Assembly: GCA_965227835.1 (NCBI GenBank)
Contig: OZ245768.1
Coordinates: 930,001-962,000 of the forward strand
Direction: 5' to 3'
From: Candidatus Saccharimonadota bacterium
GTDB taxonomy: Bacteria > Patescibacteriota > Gracilibacteria > BD1-5 > UBA6164
Length of the DNA stretch: 32,000 bases
Shown: positions 25,068 through 32,000 of the stretch, piece by piece
How the letters are laid out: each line of letters begins with the position of its first letter
Numbering within the stretch: position 1 is the first letter of the stretch
Notes under the pieces: model-generated
The model's input: the letters and a program-made list of their open reading frames with translations, nothing else
The model's database searches: none
Told to the model about the DNA's origin: nothing
Made by a program: the position numbers and the translations under genes

Positions 25068-25293
25068 TCAACAAATGGCTTTAGCCATTTGCTATTGTAA
25101 GAAATTTTTATTTGCTTGTTATTTATCATATATATCAAAGAAACCTGTGACAAAATTAACATCTATTAAAAAATAATCTTTTTATTCAAAAGAGAGCTTT
25201 ATTCTTTGCTATTGTAGGAAACTTGCTAATTATATGTATAATAAGACAAAGTTTAGGATAAGACTAGATTTTAGCCCTTTACAATTGTAGAAA
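25068..25293 (+). repeat. Three dispersed copies of the TCAACA..GCTTTAGC..TTTG palindromic element
   Basis: The copies are tcaacaaATGGCTttAGCCATttgctattgtaagaaa (25068-), tcaaaagagagctttattctttgctattgtaggaaa (25186-) and gactagattttagccctttacaattgtagaaag (25262-). Confidence 0.75.
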
Positions 25294-25308
25294 GTTTCTC
25301 TTTTTGAG

Positions 25309-25340
25309 AAAAACTCCTCGGTTTACACCGAGGAGTTTTT
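25309..25340. terminator. Bidirectional terminator between the PLD gene and leuS (convergent)
   Basis: AAACTCCTCGG-tttaca-CCGAGGAGTTT, with A/T runs on both sides. Confidence 0.8.
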
Positions 25341-25344
25341 AGAA

Positions 25345-28683
<3,339 letters not shown>

Positions 28684-28781
28684 CAATAAATTTTTTAAAT
28701 ATTTAATTCTATTAGTTTGTTTATAAATGATTAGATATACCTGAACTAAGACGAGTTTTTTTCAAAAAAATATTTGATTAA

Positions 28782-28822
28782 ACCTCACCCTAACCCTCTC
28801 CTTTGGAGGAGAGGGGATAGAA
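28782..28822 (-). repeat. GC-rich hairpin repeat, copy C (inverted relative to A and B)
   Basis: The reverse complement reads ttctatCCCCTCTCCtccaaaGGAGAGGGttagggtgaggtt. Confidence 0.8.
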
Positions 28823-28887
28823 AATATATAGAAAACAGAGGTTACTATTATTACAGAGTAGAGAAAGTTACCATAAATTTATATCTT

Positions 28888-28971
28888 TCAACAGAGAGCT
28901 TTAACTATTTGTAGATAACAAATTCTTAACTTTATTGTCAAAAGAGAAATTTAGCACTTTGCAATATTTAG
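28888..28971 (+). repeat. Two more copies of the TCAACA..TTTAGC..TTTG element
   Basis: tcaacagagagctttaactatttgtagataac (28888-) and tcaaaagagaaatttagcactttgcaatatttag (28938-). Confidence 0.7.
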
Positions 28972-28986
28972 ATGAAGTTATCATAT

Positions 28987-31473
28987 TTAATACCTCATAT
29001 CCAAACTCATTTCCTCATCTCAAGATTCTAAATTATGCTTACTCATTTTATTATCACTTATAGCAAAGGTATTATCTCAAATCCATAAGGCTCTTTTTAT
29101 AAAACTATCTCTATAATCCCAGTTTTTTGAAGCTAAATATGAACCTATAGTACTATCTTCATAACAATAAGGTGGAATATAATAATTTCTCTTAGAAGGA
29201 CAATAAGTATCTCCATTTATTAATTTCTTGCATTCTAATTTCTCTTCTTTTTTCTTTAAATATCAACTACAATCTTTTTCTCTTTTTTCCTCTAAATTAG
29301 AAGAGTTTATATGTGTAATTCTATATTTTTCACTTATACCCTTTTCTTTATCTATATTCAAAGCTAAAATTCAAGCAAAGAAATCTATATGATTGTAGCT
29401 AGTTTTACTCTCATTTGTATAGATTTTTGCGGGAAGTAAAAGTAAATTTTCTTTGGAATTCCATACAAACATTCTAGGATTTCTTAGAGCTTCACTATTA
29501 CTTCAACTATCTCAAAAACTTTTAGTATATTTTTGAGAAACATATATATCTCAAATAGATTTCTGCCAGTTTCATTTAACACATATAGGTAAATCTATCT
29601 CTATAGTTGAATCCATTTCAGTGCATCATACATCATATGCAGTCTTATTTTTATTTAAATTACAAGTATTTCAATCTCCATCTACTCTTATTGCTTCACA
29701 TCATCCAGATATAAGCTTTTCTATTTCTTCATCCCAACTATCAGATTTTTCAGGTTTTTTATTATAATCTATTTCATATAAATCAAGTTTTATTCAACCA
29801 TTTCTAACACCTCACCACTGATTTTGATAAGTTTCATAACCTAGTCCTATTATATGATTTTCATCGTAAGGATGAAGATAAGTAGAATATCCAGGCATTT
29901 TTAGCTCTCATAGTATCTTTGGATTTTTACTATCAGATAAATCTATTACAAAGAGTGGATCAACCTGCTTAAAAGTAACTAAAAACAGTTTATCTCACAT
30001 ATACCTAGAACTTCTAAAAGTTTCTCAGGGAGCAAGCTTGGTTAAACTAGAATGAAGTTTTAAATTCTTATCCAATATATAAAGATCTGTATGCATTTCG
30101 TCTACTTTTCACCATGAGTTTATACTTGTAATTATTCTAAATAATCAATCTTTTTCGTCCATACTATACTGGTTTAGTGGGCTTCATGGTATCATATTTG
30201 AATTCAAATAATTTAAACTATCTCAATTTATAGATAATTTATGTACCATAGTATTTGTAGTTCATCAGTAATAATAAGGTGCTATACAAATATCACTAAT
30301 TTCACATTTGTAGCTTTGGCTAGAATAAACTCTATCAGTTATATATAAATTATCTAAACTCATATATAACTCAGAACTATTCCCTGCAATAACTTTATTT
30401 TTTACCTCACTGCTTGTATCTTTGGTATCTATAATTGATATTATATTATAACTTGGATTAAAATCATACTTCTCCAATGTTTCTTTATCAGGAAGGATAT
30501 ATTGTATATCACTACATTTAGCTACATTTCATGAACTTGCTTTGAAAGGATATTTTTTATCATTTAGTTTTAAATTTTGTTCTTCTTTTATAGAAGTCTT
30601 TGAAATATCTATTTTTTTGGGAATTATTTTATCTGAATCAATTTTTATATCATCTATATTTTTAAATGTAGTGTAAGGAAAGTTGAAATAATTATTGGAA
30701 ACCACATATAAATACCTTCATATCTTTCTAGATTTAGACATAGTTCAATCACTTACATATAACTTTTTTAATTCAGGATTTTTTTTATCTTTAATATCAA
30801 AAACTATTACATATGTCTTATTGTTTCTATTTATGTAATAGCTTTTATATTTATTGGTACTTTGTGAGTATCAGCTAGCTAAAACTACCAGGCTATCTTC
30901 GTCTATATATATTTTGGTATCATAGAAAAAACTAGGGACTTTTATTTTTTTCACTAATTCTAAATTCTCAGACTCAACTATATGTATGTATTTACCTTCA
31001 TTATACTTTAATTTATCGTTGTAATAGTATATATAATTTCAATCTGTTTTGATTATATCTGCCTCATCTACTCATAATACTTGAATATTAGTTTTGGAGT
31101 AATTTCAATCTGTACTTTTTCTTGATAAAGTTTGAGAATTGTCTTGAAGTGAGAAATCGGCTTGCATTTCCAATGTCTCATCTATACTTGCATTATCTAC
31201 AAATGCTTCATCCACATTTATTTCTTGTATTCATCCACGAATAAAAGGTCTCCTATATCTATTTTTGTTACTTTCCCAATAGTCTTTAATATATGTTTCC
31301 ATAGTTTCTTCTAAATCATTACAACTCTCAAAAGATTTTAGTTTAAAATCCATATCTAATTCTAAAAATTCATCTTTTCCCAATTCTTTTGAGATAGAAT
31401 CGTCTATAATTTCTGCAAAACAATAATTTGAAGTTACAAGTATAGTTATCAACACTAAAAATATTTTTTTCAT
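28987..31473 (-). CDS. Secreted beta-propeller domain protein (Beta_propel/COG4880-like), 828 aa
   Basis: A 2487-nt table-25 frame. The Sec signal is MKKIFLVLITILVTSNYCFA. The core RYMGDKLFLVTFKQVDPLFVIDLSDSKNPKILGELKMPGYSTYLHPYDENHIIGLG is the hallmark stretch I recall for this family. Confidence 0.7.
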
Positions 31474-31595
31474 AGACCTTAAAATTAAAAAATAACACTT
31501 TTTTGTATTATAGTGTTATTTTTTAATCTCAAAATTTGATTTTGTTTTTTTTAATTAAAATATTAATTATTTAAAACTTCTTCAAATATTTCAAA

Positions 31596-32000
31596 CTAAC
31601 TTTCAAGACTATTTTTTATAATCTCTTCAAGCTCAGAAATCATATTCGGATTATCTTTTAAAAATTTTTTGGCATTTTCTCTTCATTGCCCTAATTTAGT
31701 ATCTCCGTAAGAAAAAAATGCTCATGATTTTTTGATAATTCAAGAATCAACTCAAATATCTATAATTTCTCATACTTTGGATATACCTTCATTATACATT
31801 ATATCAAATTCTGCTTCCCTGAAAGGAGGGGCAACTTTATTTTTTATAACTTTTACTTTTGTGAGACTTCAAGTAGCTTCTTTTTCCATTCAAGTTCATA
31901 TTTCTATCTTTGCTTTTCTCCTAACATCAATTCTTTGAGAAGAATAAAATTTCAAAGCATTTCATCAAGTTGTAGTCTCTGGAGAACCAAACATAACTCA
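31596..32000 (-). CDS. recA: Recombinase RecA, C-terminal 134 codons (5' end outside the window)
   Basis: ...[31 protein letters not shown]...[67 protein letters not shown]. The GG of TTTGGNALKFY is encoded TGA-TGA. Confidence 0.95.

Overview
This AT-rich fragment only reads sensibly with translation table 25 (TGA = Gly), which points to a Gracilibacteria/Absconditabacteria (SR1)-type CPR bacterium. The supplied standard-code ORF track therefore fragments most real genes. I re-translated both strands by hand. In-frame TGA falls on invariant glycines, for example TrxB GxGxxG and CATCDG, RecA TTTGGNALKFY, LeuS SGAGLHVGH and PKD WDFGDG.

Native genes use TGA-Gly and lack a Shine-Dalgarno (SD) sequence:
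- three tandem LRR-protein paralogs (1-4983), two of them hit by IS elements
- a PD-(D/E)xK-like hypothetical and a U32 peptidase-like gene
- rpsU, rbfA and an FtsQ-like gene
- a 999-aa membrane PKD protein
- trxB, a PLD/HKD protein, a 1112-aa leuS, a secreted beta-propeller protein, and a partial recA

Mobile elements are two IS200/IS605-type elements (one with a frameshifted tnpA), one IS5-family element with a 4-bp target-site duplication (TSD), and one IS481-like element with a 15-bp TSD.

A second class of genes has no TGA codons, strong SD sites, near-consensus sigma70 promoters and hairpin terminators.
- The main example is a four-gene minus-strand operon (5650-10261). It encodes a PP2C phosphatase, a Ser/Thr kinase with a beta-rich C-terminal domain, a PncA/isochorismatase-like hydrolase and a vWA (MIDAS) protein. 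This is a TerY-P/'ternary' vWA-kinase-phosphatase module with an embedded amidohydrolase, and it is my best candidate for an undescribed conflict or signalling system.
- The second example is an array of small membrane-protein cassettes (20286-22915). Each cassette sits behind the same reiterated terminator-promoter-5'UTR module.

The window also holds a 34-bp-period palindromic repeat array with dispersed copies, GC-rich hairpin repeats bracketing a tiny promoter-ORF-terminator unit, a C9 tract upstream of the PKD gene, and a ~190-aa insertion in LeuS. I recognised no rRNA, tRNA or CRISPR array.
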